From Eukaryota sp. TZLM1-RC (lineage: Eukaryota; Protista; Metamonada: BaSk clade): a stretch of 64,000 nucleotides of DNA. The notes under the pieces were generated by a model. That model did no database searches. It was given only the letters and a program-made list of their open reading frames with translations, and was not told the origin of the DNA. The first letter of the stretch is position 1. Every line of letters starts with the position of its first letter. The position numbers were made by a program, and so were the translations under genes. This document shows, piece after piece, positions 54,074 to 64,000 of the stretch. The stretch is from positions 6,291,784 through 6,355,783 of the forward strand of contig JAUPSS010000004.1 in the NCBI GenBank assembly GCA_040285825.1, given 5' to 3'.

Positions 54074-54854
54074 AATCAGCCAATTCAAGTGTGTCCGGTA
54101 TTCAGTGAATTTAATTTTTCACCAACCTCCCTGTTCACCTTTACTTATTTCTCTTTCTTTTCAACTCTGGTTCAGTTGTTAATTTAACTTAAAACATTAT
54201 TAAGAGATAAAATGTCTTCATTTTCCCTGAGCTGCTCATTAGCCAGGTCTAGCTTCTGAAGAACGGTTATTCTGAAATAAATATGACAAAAACCAACTAT
54301 TTCAAGGTACTTTTCCACATCTAAATTTGACAAGTTTCCAGCTCCAGGTTTATTCATCCTAACATGATAGATGGTTCCCTCAATCTTGAACTACATCACA
54401 ATGCTTGTATCAGTTTTTGAAACGCTGATATCAATAGGGAACCCATAAATTGATTTCTTTTTTTGTTGCCTTTGACAAACCAACAATACTTAACTTGTAT
54501 TCCTCCAACGTGAAAAAGTAATAAAAACAATATTTTCATTTAGTTTTGTAACCCTTATGCCATTGTTTAAAAACGATTTGTATTTTAAAATTAATGAACC
54601 TGGTGATGGACGACATCAACTGTTTTTAACTCAACACCAACTAACCTATTGATTTTTTAAAAAGAATTGGTGTTCAAACTTTTGCCCGTTGTAAGTCATA
54701 TATTTAACTTGCACGAAAGCTTAATATGTGAAAAATTCTAAATCAAGCTTTTGATCGTCAGCTCTTTCAATTTGCAAATGAAAAACAAACACTGTCTAAC
54801 ATGATAAATGCAATGTGACAATCAACAACTTATAAAATGATGATCAAAAAAGTC

Positions 54855-55279
54855 AATGAAAAACAGAACGTGTGAATTGGAATTTTATTGAAGCTGGAAA
54901 TTTAACGTCAGTAATAGTGCGTCCCTTTTTAATAATTTACCTCAGCAGGTCAATGGATAAGTGAAAGAATAAACAGCCTCGAAAATTTTTCCACATTTTT
55001 GTATTTTTAGTTTATCCTGATGCATCTTTGATATTTTGTGGCGATCAAACTAAGGATCATTTATCCAACAATTGATTTGATTTGTTGGATTGTAACCATA
55101 TAATTGCCTTTTGAAGGATGGTTCATGATGTGGTAACATACACTAATCCAAAACCGTGAACCTGAGGTTGAAAATAGTGTGTGATATGAATTGAAAGGTG
55201 AATTCATTGCTTGTTTTAAAGAGAAGAATAATGTTGTCAAAAATAGAATGAACGAAAAATCATCACTCAAGCCTCATCA
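54855..55279. repeat. Dispersed ~420-bp repeat, copy 2
   Basis: Matches 28796-29215. Confidence 0.85.
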
Positions 55280-55288
55280 TGAAGTAGC

Positions 55289-55840
55289 ATGTCCCTTCGA
55301 CACTCTTTACCAAGTCATTGTTGGCGGTTTTCAGTTCAGGAACATTTGCCCAAGAGAGTGTCGTCGTCTCTCGATTTTTCAGAGCTTGTCCAAAAGAACG
55401 ATTCGTTACAGATACCATCATCTAAAAGTCCCCATCGCTGTCGTTCTTCAATGTCCCATTCAGGAGACGTTTGTCGCTTTCCTCTCATTCCATTTCCTCT
55501 TCAACAGTCTGTGCAACATTCAAACCGGACCAACGAAGCAGACATGCCAGATTCTCCCTTGAAAGTTAAACCTATCAATATATCACCTGTCAATCAACAT
55601 GCATATAGTGGACACTCAACAGATTTGTCCATTCCATCTTCTAATATTTACCATCGACCTCGACCTCCATCGTATGGACGTCACTGGTACCTTCATCCTA
55701 TTGAGTGGGACAAAAAAATCAGAGAGACCCCCAAGAAGGAAGATAAGTCCAAAGCCACTGACAAACTCATTAGCCATGTGAGGACAGAGATTCAACAGGG
55801 TGAAAAGCAAATGCACAAGTCTCTCACTAGAATTTTGTAA
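55289..55840 (+). CDS. Hypothetical protein
   Basis: 183-aa ORF with coding-like GC content and an AT-rich 3' flank. Contains a YGRHWYLHPIEW motif; no family assigned. Confidence 0.55.
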   Translation: MSLRHSLPSHCWRFSVQEHLPKRVSSSLDFSELVQKNDSLQIPSSKSPHRCRSSMSHSGDVCRFPLIPFPLQQSVQHSNRTNEADMPDSPLKVKPINISPVNQHAYSGHSTDLSIPSSNIYHRPRPPSYGRHWYLHPIEWDKKIRETPKKEDKSKATDKLISHVRTEIQQGEKQMHKSLTRIL

Positions 55841-56256
55841 TTTTTGTATTAATAGTTTTTTAGGCACTTTTTTTAATTCAGGTGTCGTTGTAGATTCAAT
55901 TATTGTTTTCTTGTACATAATAATTTTATTGAAATTCATTTTCCACACTAACCATGGGCACAATTGTAACCCCCCCCCCCCAGATTTTTTGTAATTTTCC
56001 CCATCCTAAGCTGTTTTTAAACACAGTTGCGATTTATTTATTTTAATTAAGGGAGGAATGGACTGTTTTGTCGAACTAGATAACATTGAACTCTTTCCCA
56101 TAAATAGATCAATGTAATGTTGAAATGGTTCGCCATATGTTGGCACTGATGGAAGCACGTGTTAATAAATGGATATAGATCTTGATGCAGAGAGTCTGGG
56201 TTATGAAGGATCAAAAGTGGTAAATCAAAACTTTTTCTATTGCATTATCTGTCATA

Positions 56257-56955
56257 ATGAATATTGTTGCTTGTTGTATCGCCAGAACAGAGACCTACAA
56301 TACTGCTAGAAAAGCTACTATTTTAACAACTTATGAAGCTGATAAGAGTTCACAGTACTCTTCTTTAATGGAACGTTTACTAGAGACTCGCTTGCGTGAG
56401 ATGATGTCGATTACCAGCAACGTTGGCTCACTGTCCTATGCCCAACTTTTTTTCCATTTCATGATGGATTCAGACATAGTTTTCCTTCTTTGTTCCAGGG
56501 AATCAATCCCATTACGACTATCCAGTGCTGTACTACGTGATTTACAAGCAGTTTTTCTTCAAAACTGCGCTCAATCAGTCAAAACAGCAAGCTCAGGATC
56601 ATTGAATCCTGTTTTTCGTCCAATAATGAAGTCAAAGTTTTCTCAAATCACATCCAGTGTTGATGCGTTGTCCCAAACTAGAGAGGATCTAAACCGTGTT
56701 AAAGGTGTTTTAACAGAGAATGTTTCCAAGCTAATGAATAGAGGGGAAGATCTGGGAAGAGTGACTGAATCGACACAGCTGCTGAGCTATGGAAGTCGTT
56801 CGTTCAACACTAGATCTCGGAAGATGGCACGGAGGGCTGGAATGGGAGCTTGCTGCACAACCTTTTTAGTAATTTTGTTTATCTGTTTCATTTTGATGGG
56901 AGTGTTCATGTATTTCTGTGGGCTTAAACTTCAATGCATTACTAAACATTTGTAG
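56257..56955 (+). CDS. VAMP7: VAMP7-like longin R-SNARE
   Basis: Longin domain; SNARE motif VKGVLTENVSKLMNRGEDL with R at the zero layer; C-terminal TM ending in CG...C. Confidence 0.85.
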   Translation: MNIVACCIARTETYNTARKATILTTYEADKSSQYSSLMERLLETRLREMMSITSNVGSLSYAQLFFHFMMDSDIVFLLCSRESIPLRLSSAVLRDLQAVFLQNCAQSVKTASSGSLNPVFRPIMKSKFSQITSSVDALSQTREDLNRVKGVLTENVSKLMNRGEDLGRVTESTQLLSYGSRSFNTRSRKMARRAGMGACCTTFLVILFICFILMGVFMYFCGLKLQCITKHL

Positions 56956-57007
56956 ATTTGTTTTTCAAATACCAACATAACAGACAGTAGCATATATTAA
57001 TTGTAAA

Positions 57008-57500
57008 TCAAAAACTGCATGTTTCTGTACCTAGCTCATTTATTTTAAAAATATAACGAAACGAAACCTCAATACAGGCATAAACATCATCATCATGTCT
57101 TTTGAGCGCGCGAGTTTCATACTCTATCCCTAATTGCAACAGTGCTTTGGTTATCATTTCTGAAATTGCATTGAGAATACTAAGAACAATTCTATTGCAC
57201 CAGATATTAACGTTCAATTCTTTTCATATTCTCTTCTGTATTAAACATCTCAAAGCCTCAACAAATTTCATACCAGAAATCTCAATGTTGCCAAACAGAG
57301 TTACTGCAAAAGGATCCAGTTGGTATTTCCCTTGCTCAACATGACCAAGTTGAGATAGTTGTTAATTTTGTACTTGTTAATTTTGCTTCTTTCAGATTTG
57401 CTGTATAAATTGCATATACAATAAATGGTTCAAATTGATTAGTTGACCACAACGACAACACTAAATCAAACACTCATTGTTAGGGTAGTTGTTCATTGAT
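57008..57500 (-). mobile_element. CRE-clade family D 3' remnant
   Basis: LGHVEQGKYQLDPFAVTLFGN...IWCNRIVLSIL...MITKALL. Confidence 0.7.
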
Positions 57501-58139
57501 AATCATTTGACAATAGACCATAAATATTTGGATTTGGGAAATGACACAGCTTGAGCTAGTTTTTTTCAGATCAATTAAAAGGTTGGCAAAAACGATATCC
57601 TATTTTAGCCAAGCGAAAACGACCAAAATGATCCCAATTTTGAAAAACTTTTAACATCTTTTGCTGCAATTTAGCGTACGCGAATTTTGATGAAACCAAA
57701 CTTCATGTCGGCATTTCTTGAATATCAGGGATGTTTTTATCCATGCAGAAATCGTGAATCAGAAATTGATTTCACCATTCATTTAACAGTGGAAAAGATA
57801 TTTCCTTGTCGTCACTGAACATGATTGAAAATTCTTCCAGTTGGCTTTTTAAAAATTTCATTGAGATCTTCAAGAAATGCCAGAGGGGACCTGTTTTAGA
57901 AATTGATAGAAAATAAGGCGTAGATTAAATTGGACGTTTTTGACTTTTAAAAGTAATAGATTTTTAGAATTAAGCGTTTTTGAACCTCAGTAAGAAGAGA
58001 AATATTAAATCAAACTTCAGCACATTAAACGTTCATTCGAAATATGTCAAGATGCTTGCATTTAAACCAGGAAAAACCACCTCTTCTCTTGTCAGACCCA
58101 CAGAAGTTTTAATGTAACAAGTACTATTAATGTTGGAGT

Positions 58140-58760
58140 CTACATGAATTAATTTTGATAACAATGGTTCCAAAACTAAATCTACTCAATATGATTTGCA
58201 CATGGAAAAAATTTGGTTTCTAATAATATTATGTACTTTTTCTAAATGTAATACATTCTTTGCAGCTCAACAGATTAGTGATTAAGAAAGGTTTTCTACA
58301 TTTACACGTTAAAGGTTGGGCCAATTGTTTAACCCATCAAAAGAAACGAAAACGCATGTTTAAGAACAACTCATTGTTTTTAAAAGAAAGTATTCCAAGT
58401 AAAAAGGATTTGGAGTATTGAAATAGCAAAGAACCATCACGAATGTCTTACAATTTCTTCCAGTGACATTTTCAGTTTTGGTTAAGCCAATATTTATTTC
58501 ATAACCCAAGCACTCATTCAATTGATGGTCATAAAGCTTCTTCAGACAAACACGAAAATTTGAGAGTGTACAAATTAGAATTTTTTGAACTTTTTGAGTA
58601 AAACACTGAAGCCTCTATCACTACCCAATTCATCTAATAGTGATTGCAGCTTATTCAAATAGAAATTAGATTCAGTAATGATCAAATGAACATCATTAGG
58701 GATTAAAGGAATAAATAAAAAAAATGAAAACTATTTCACCTCCTCAAAGTGGTACTTTAC
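58140..58760 (-). mobile_element. CRE-clade family C-related decayed fragment
   Basis: Nucleotide similarity to 11380-11960 (e.g. CTACATTTACA.GTTAAA, ACGAAAACGCATGTT). Confidence 0.65.
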
Positions 58761-59472
58761 AAAAAAAGTGATTTTTAAAGCCAAATACACCTGACTGAGT
58801 AGAACAAAATCAGTGAATTCAAATCATAGATTCATTAACTTCTGATTAAGTAGAGAATATACAACTAATCTATATATGACATATAATATATAGTGTGTGT
58901 ACCGGTTTGCTTATGTCCAAGGACACTCAAGAGGGACCTGATTTTCCCAATGTGAGAATATTAACTGGAAAACAAATTTTGACAAAAAAATTTGGTATGT
59001 TGTTCAAAACATTTAGTAATGCAACTTAGATTCTTTGATCAAAATTCTACACTAAATTTTTGATTAATCAAGAATAGATTTCTTCCAGGTCAGGTTTTGC
59101 CTAGCAGTCACTAGTTCAGGAATAATCCTCAAAACCATTTATAGAAATTTGACTGATAATGACTTTCATACTGCTAGTTTTAATCCGTACACAAGTTGGT
59201 GAAACTGATATTCTATTTGGAATAAGCATTTAATGAAAGAAGAAAAGACATTTGTTGTATGTTCATTCTTTTTTGCTCTCTTGAATATTCTTTTTCTAAT
59301 TGCAAACTGCTAAAAAAATTCACAAGAACATAATGTGGTTTAACATTAATCTTCTGCAAAAATAGAAGACAGATTTATTTCTTTGTGGAAATAGTGTTGT
59401 ATAGAAGCTATATATATTTTACCAATGCAAGAGAATTGACAAAACTGCACATGAAGACTAAGGAGACTCAAC

Positions 59473-59925
59473 TTATGAGTTACGGATCTTAACCTTTTCT
59501 TGGCCCTAATATTAATCAAAAGAAACCTACATACACGGAACTTCTTCATTCTGTTCTTCTTTTGGCGACGCTCGACACGGGCAGGGCGTTGAGCAGGGGT
59601 CACAATACCCATACGAGCTAATCTGTGGACGGGTTCGATACGTTTCATGGCATCAGTGTTGTCATAGATAAGGGCAAAACCAGTGGATCGACCACCACCG
59701 AACTTAGTACGGAATCCGAAAAGAGAGACGAGTCCGGCGTCGACGTCGTACATCTTGGAGATGTTGTTTCTGACATCTTCCTTAGAAACGCCAGCGCGTC
59801 CGTAGTGGAAAATATCCACAACCATCTGCTTGCGGGAAAGGAGTCTGTTAGTGGTGAACTTTCTAGTTCTGATGGAAACTCGGATGAGGGCGCAGAGGCG
59901 ACATACCCTTGTCTACCTCAGCCAT
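59473..59925 (-). CDS. RPS24: 40S ribosomal protein S24 (eS24), introns 59879-59906 and 59506-59534
   Basis: Spliced [28 protein letters not shown]...[20 protein letters not shown]...[12 protein letters not shown]. Confidence 0.97.
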
Positions 59926-60718
59926 GTTAAAATTAGAGGGAAAAGAGAAAGGGTTTTCGTCTACCTCTCCATTTTATCCATGTTCAATTCAACTTCCCTC
60001 TATCACTTAGACACATGGAAGAACTGTAACCATTTTCATCTACTTAGATCATCATTCTCTCCTCAATCACCACTTATTCTGTTCAGCATGTCATCTTCAA
60101 TCTGTTGTTTGCTTTGAACAATCGTTCAACATTCTCCCCAACTTCACACCGTAGTTGTATTTATGGAGGTATCCTTCGAGCTTTTTGTAGTTTTTATTCA
60201 TTTTCTCTTTCGTTCTCGTTTTGTTACTGTCGTCAATCTCGCTTTCACATTTTGTTGGATTTCTAAATAAAGTTTTGAATACTTTTATACTTGGACCATA
60301 CTTTTGTACTTCATAATGATAATGAATTTTCACACATCATTTCTCATTTTTTGATTCATCAGTACAGACAATGAATCTGACATTTCTTCAAACCAATAAT
60401 CATCAAAATACATTTATTAGTGTTTAAGTACAAAGCAATTGTGATGCAGTAAAATAAATCAACCACCTCCTTAACTCTACTTTAAACTCCAGATTTAAAA
60501 AGGAATATACTTTATTCCTGAATTAGAACCTTTGATGCAAAGTCATCATGTCATCATGTCCTTGGACTATATCATTTTGATTACAGTATTCAAGACTGTG
60601 CATGTGTTTATGTTCATTACAAATAATAATAATAATGTAGATTGAAAAACTTCATTTTATGTATTTTAGAAATGTAATGTAAATTTTTCCAAACAGTACA
60701 TATTGTACTGAAGATATA

Positions 60719-61012
60719 ATGAACACTTCCTCCACACAACACAACCCCACTACATTGCCGACAGAGCTTCTCGCCGAGTTCCTTTCATCCATTCTTGACA
60801 AAGACTACACTCATGCATCTTCACTTCTGCAGCAACTTTTAACAATGGATCCACATCACCCTACCTTACTTGAATATGCACCAATCCTCCATGCTGCTCT
60901 TGATATCTCTTTCTCAGAGAGCAGCGACGACGATAATGGCGGTTCTGAATCAACTACCAGTTCTGAACCAGAATGTCAAAGTATTGATAGTGAAGATGGT
61001 ACTGACATTTAA
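60719..61012 (+). CDS. ERICH2-like small protein
   Basis: PTELLAEFL...DY..A..L...L..DP.HP...EY followed by an acidic tail; resembles the ERICH2 core. Confidence 0.55.
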   Translation: MNTSSTQHNPTTLPTELLAEFLSSILDKDYTHASSLLQQLLTMDPHHPTLLEYAPILHAALDISFSESSDDDNGGSESTTSSEPECQSIDSEDGTDI

Positions 61013-61100
61013 AAAATAACCAATTTATTACAAGTAATGTATATTTTAATAACTAAATTTTTACAAATTTACATAAATAATCTAAAAGCTTCAAAAAACC

Positions 61101-63749
61101 TTACGTCTTTTTCAAAATTGAATCATCAGATGTGCATTTAATATGAACGGCAGAATTATCAGGTAGTAGAGCGAAAATCTTGTTACCAAGCTTATCTCCG
61201 CAGACAGAACATCTACTGTCATGGTTTATTGTAACATTTCGTCTGTGTGCAGCAATCAAATCAGCCATCACTTTGCGCTCCTGAACTTCCCTTAGAGATC
61301 TTTCCATGCTACTCTGATGTTTCGTTGAAGTAGAAGACCTTAATAAAGATGTCAGTAATGGAACTAGTTCTTGTAAAGGCCATTCGTCGTGCAAGGAAGA
61401 TACAATTTCCTCATAAGATAACAAATCCTTTTGTCGGTATAGAAAAGAAAGAACGGCAGAAAGAGGCTGAGAAGACAGCACAAACTTCAGTAACATTAAT
61501 AGAAACACGCCTTGCTCAGACTTGCTGGAAGCATGTGTAGAACAATATTTTTCAGCAGTTTCAAGTGAATCTAACTTGGCTAGAAGTTCCAAGGCCTCCT
61601 GATGGAATCCAGCACGGGAGAACACTGCAACCTTTTCATGAAGGAAAGCTGGTGAGACGAGGAGAGAGATGATTTCTTGGTAATCGTAGCGGAAAAGCGA
61701 ACTTGAAAGAAAAGTGGAAAACCTCTTCATTAGAGATTTCAACAACGCAGATGAACACTGTTGAAGCTGGCAGACAGTCTCAATGTTATAGTTCTTAAAA
61801 AGAGTAGATATTTCCGTGATATAAACCTTGCCCAAATACGTGTGGTACTGATGTGAACACTCTGAAGATTTTATGAGATGCTCTAGTATATCTATTATGC
61901 CCAAAGAACATCCTTTTAAAAACTCAAGTAAAGTATCAATACCCCAATTTGAGAGTGTTGTTGCATTTAATTTTGTCAATGTTGATATAAGTTTGTTTGG
62001 AAAAGACTTTAAGACCCATGATAAATAAGGTGAAATTTCATTAAAATTAGTTAATGAATCTCCATTTGCTTCCAGACCTTCGCAAATCCATGAAGCTGCG
62101 ATATCCTTGACCCAGAGTTCTTTTGACTCATTAGCAGCTTTCGTAAGCCGCACCATTGAATCAAGGATACATCCTCGCTGATAGAAATACTGCCCAAGAA
62201 GCAAACAAGGACCAACACCAGTTGAAAAGTACATCATTATTTGAATAGGCACTAATATCTTTGATGTGTGAATATATTCAGTTAGTTTAGTCAGAATCTC
62301 ATTATTAACTGGACAAATGTACAGAGACACTGAAAATAAAAACACTTGTAAAGCCATGTGGATTATTTGGGAAGTGGAATCCGAATTACGTAGCTTTGAT
62401 AATAAAAAGTCCACAAAAATGGTAACAGATTCTTCATTTGGAATAATCTTGCCCCCGTTACTACCCAATTTAGCCTGATTTTGAAGAAAGGAAAGCACTC
62501 TGAGGGATATAGTTTCTTCCTCAGTGATTTTTGCATCATCAATTCCAGTAATTACATCTCGAGAAAATGATTTTAAAAGTTCTGTGGTGGGTAAATAATC
62601 CAAAACCAAATCAGTATAGTCAAAAGGGTTCAAATGATCAGATTTAAAGTATTTCTTGACAATTTCAATTGAATCAGGATATTCCTGAGTCAAGTAAAGT
62701 CTCAAAAAATCACGTGATAATTCTGAGCTTTCCTTAGAACTAATACAATCAAGTGTACGTAAAAATTCAAACAATTTGCTACTTTGTAATGGGTCTTTCT
62801 TAATGAAATTTGATACTTGTCTTTTAAAAGAAAATGGATGAATTATAAACACTTTTTTAGATCCGTCATAAATAACAATGCTCTTTGAACTTGACGTTTT
62901 TGACTGACGATCATAAATAGGGGTCATAAACTTGGGTATAAATGAGACTGGAATTGACTGAAGAGGACTCCCGCTTTCAAAAGAAGGCAACCAAACATTT
63001 AAAGAATCATTGGTGGATGTTACTAAAAAAGGAAACGAACAAGCACAGGAAACTACTGGTTTCCGGGGTAACAACAATGGTGCAGTGACTGCTTCTCCTG
63101 TAGAAGAAAGAAAGCACCCCAATTCATCAGTTGGGAGAAACACTTCCATTGTCTTTTGTCCAAAGAAAGTTAGGACATTGCTAGCAGAAGGAAACATTTC
63201 TATCGGAGAATAAGTAGAATCAGAAAGGTCAACCATGAAAAACTTAGAGTTTAGATGAAAAAAGACAGATCCTCCAAGTAAAAAGAGAGTTGTGGGGACA
63301 TCTACAAGAGAGAACTCATGAACAGGTTGGTGGGGAGGAGTGGAGCCCATAATATAGAGAGACAGTTTCTTGCGTATACAGACTAAGATACGAGAGGAGT
63401 CAAGGGGATCAAGTGCAAAGGAGGACGCATAGCGGGTGTGAGGGATTTTGTAGAGGAGTTCCAGAGAGCGGTGGTCTAAGACCCGGATCTTGTCATCTAA
63501 AAGAATGAGATGTTCCGTCTTTGACGAATATTCAAGCTGAAGTACTTTAGCTTTAGCACGAGTACGGGTATCGGTTGAACTCAGAGTTGGAGACAGAGTC
63601 CCAGACTCATTTGCAGCATATGATAGAGAATACTGGGATATTTGATTGCGATCATCCGCAATTACAATGGTGTTATTACAAGAGGTTATTGCTACGACAT
63701 TATTAGATGTTGTGGTCAATTCTGAGACAGAGAAAAGCTCAGCGTTCAT
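61101..63749 (-). CDS. Vps39/TGFBRAP1(Vps3)-family tether subunit
   Basis: CNH-like propeller, HTYLGKVYI, GFHQEALELL...AEKYC, and C-terminal CSVCGDKLGNKIFALLPDNSAVHIKC. Start taken at MNAELF (uncertain). Confidence 0.88.
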   Translation of the reverse strand: MNAELFSVSELTTTSNNVVAITSCNNTIVIADDRNQISQYSLSYAANESGTLSPTLSSTDTRTRAKAKVLQLEYSSKTEHLILLDDKIRVLDHRSLELLYKIPHTRYASSFALDPLDSSRILVCIRKKLSLYIMGSTPPHQPVHEFSLVDVPTTLFLLGGSVFFHLNSKFFMVDLSDSTYSPIEMFPSASNVLTFFGQKTMEVFLPTDELGCFLSSTGEAVTAPLLLPRKPVVSCACSFPFLVTSTNDSLNVWLPSFESGSPLQSIPVSFIPKFMTPIYDRQSKTSSSKSIVIYDGSKKVFIIHPFSFKRQVSNFIKKDPLQSSKLFEFLRTLDCISSKESSELSRDFLRLYLTQEYPDSIEIVKKYFKSDHLNPFDYTDLVLDYLPTTELLKSFSRDVITGIDDAKITEEETISLRVLSFLQNQAKLGSNGGKIIPNEESVTIFVDFLLSKLRNSDSTSQIIHMALQVFLFSVSLYICPVNNEILTKLTEYIHTSKILVPIQIMMYFSTGVGPCLLLGQYFYQRGCILDSMVRLTKAANESKELWVKDIAASWICEGLEANGDSLTNFNEISPYLSWVLKSFPNKLISTLTKLNATTLSNWGIDTLLEFLKGCSLGIIDILEHLIKSSECSHQYHTYLGKVYITEISTLFKNYNIETVCQLQQCSSALLKSLMKRFSTFLSSSLFRYDYQEIISLLVSPAFLHEKVAVFSRAGFHQEALELLAKLDSLETAEKYCSTHASSKSEQGVFLLMLLKFVLSSQPLSAVLSFLYRQKDLLSYEEIVSSLHDEWPLQELVPLLTSLLRSSTSTKHQSSMERSLREVQERKVMADLIAAHRRNVTINHDSRCSVCGDKLGNKIFALLPDNSAVHIKCTSDDSILKKT

Positions 63750-64000
63750 TGTTGATCCCAAAAAGATAAAGTGGATTGCAATGCTTAATTTCAAATTCAT
63801 AACACCCACACACCAATTAACAACCACCTCATCTCACGCCTCCCCATCAGTGCCATACACCTTCGATTTTCTTCTATCCCATTTCAATATTTCTTCTGTA
63901 TGTAATGCACTCAATTCCAAGGAAAACTCTCAAGCATCGGATCTCACGTAACTCCGATATCACGCGAGCGCCTATTGTCGGCCCATAACACTTGAGATAT

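Noticed and set aside
3473-63951. Numerous 60-160 aa ORFs overlapping long genes or retroelements (e.g. 7749-8234, 16609-16998, 53438-53758, 59625-59930)
   Set aside because: Antisense or alternate-frame shadows with no recognisable motifs.
63901-63960. U1 snRNA (AATGCACTC and GATCTCACG resemble the U1 loops)
   Set aside because: The loops are in the wrong order, and there is no ACTTAC 5' end or Sm site.
1-64000. CRISPR array, rRNA or tRNA genes
   Set aside because: No repeat-spacer periodicity, rRNA-like tract or cloverleaf was recognised. The repeats are retroelement copies and simple tandem duplications.

Overview
AT-rich eukaryotic DNA, probably from a protist. The 27-37 nt introns with the branch point fused to the 3' splice site resemble metamonads, but that placement is an inference. 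The genetic code is standard. About 18 host genes are recognisable, including Nup85-like, RME-8/DNAJC13-like, an MFS transporter, a GH5 endoglycoceramidase-like enzyme, a DOCK GEF, a choline transporter-like protein, an FN3 membrane protein, ZNHIT3-like, a CDK, two ARF-family GTPases, HPS1-like, VAMP7-like, RPS24, ERICH2-like and Vps39/TGFBRAP1-like. The spacers are packed with debris. There are about 16 pieces of CRE-clade (RT + restriction-like endonuclease) non-LTR retrotransposons from at least 4 families, three decayed Fanzor (eukaryotic TnpB) remnants, and stray host-gene fragments. The main observations are: (1) 5'-truncated Fanzor copies flanked by 8-13 bp direct repeats, one ending just after omegaRNA-like hairpins, so they look retroposed; (2) two different ~30-nt motifs at fixed distance directly before the ATG of unrelated genes; (3) a tail-less CRE family with clear target-site duplications (TSDs), a double insertion at one site and a mappable unequal crossover; (4) an RME-8 whose J-domain HPD motif reads RPD; (5) a chimeric ARF paralogue lacking switch II. 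All product calls come from motif recognition by eye; no database search was run.
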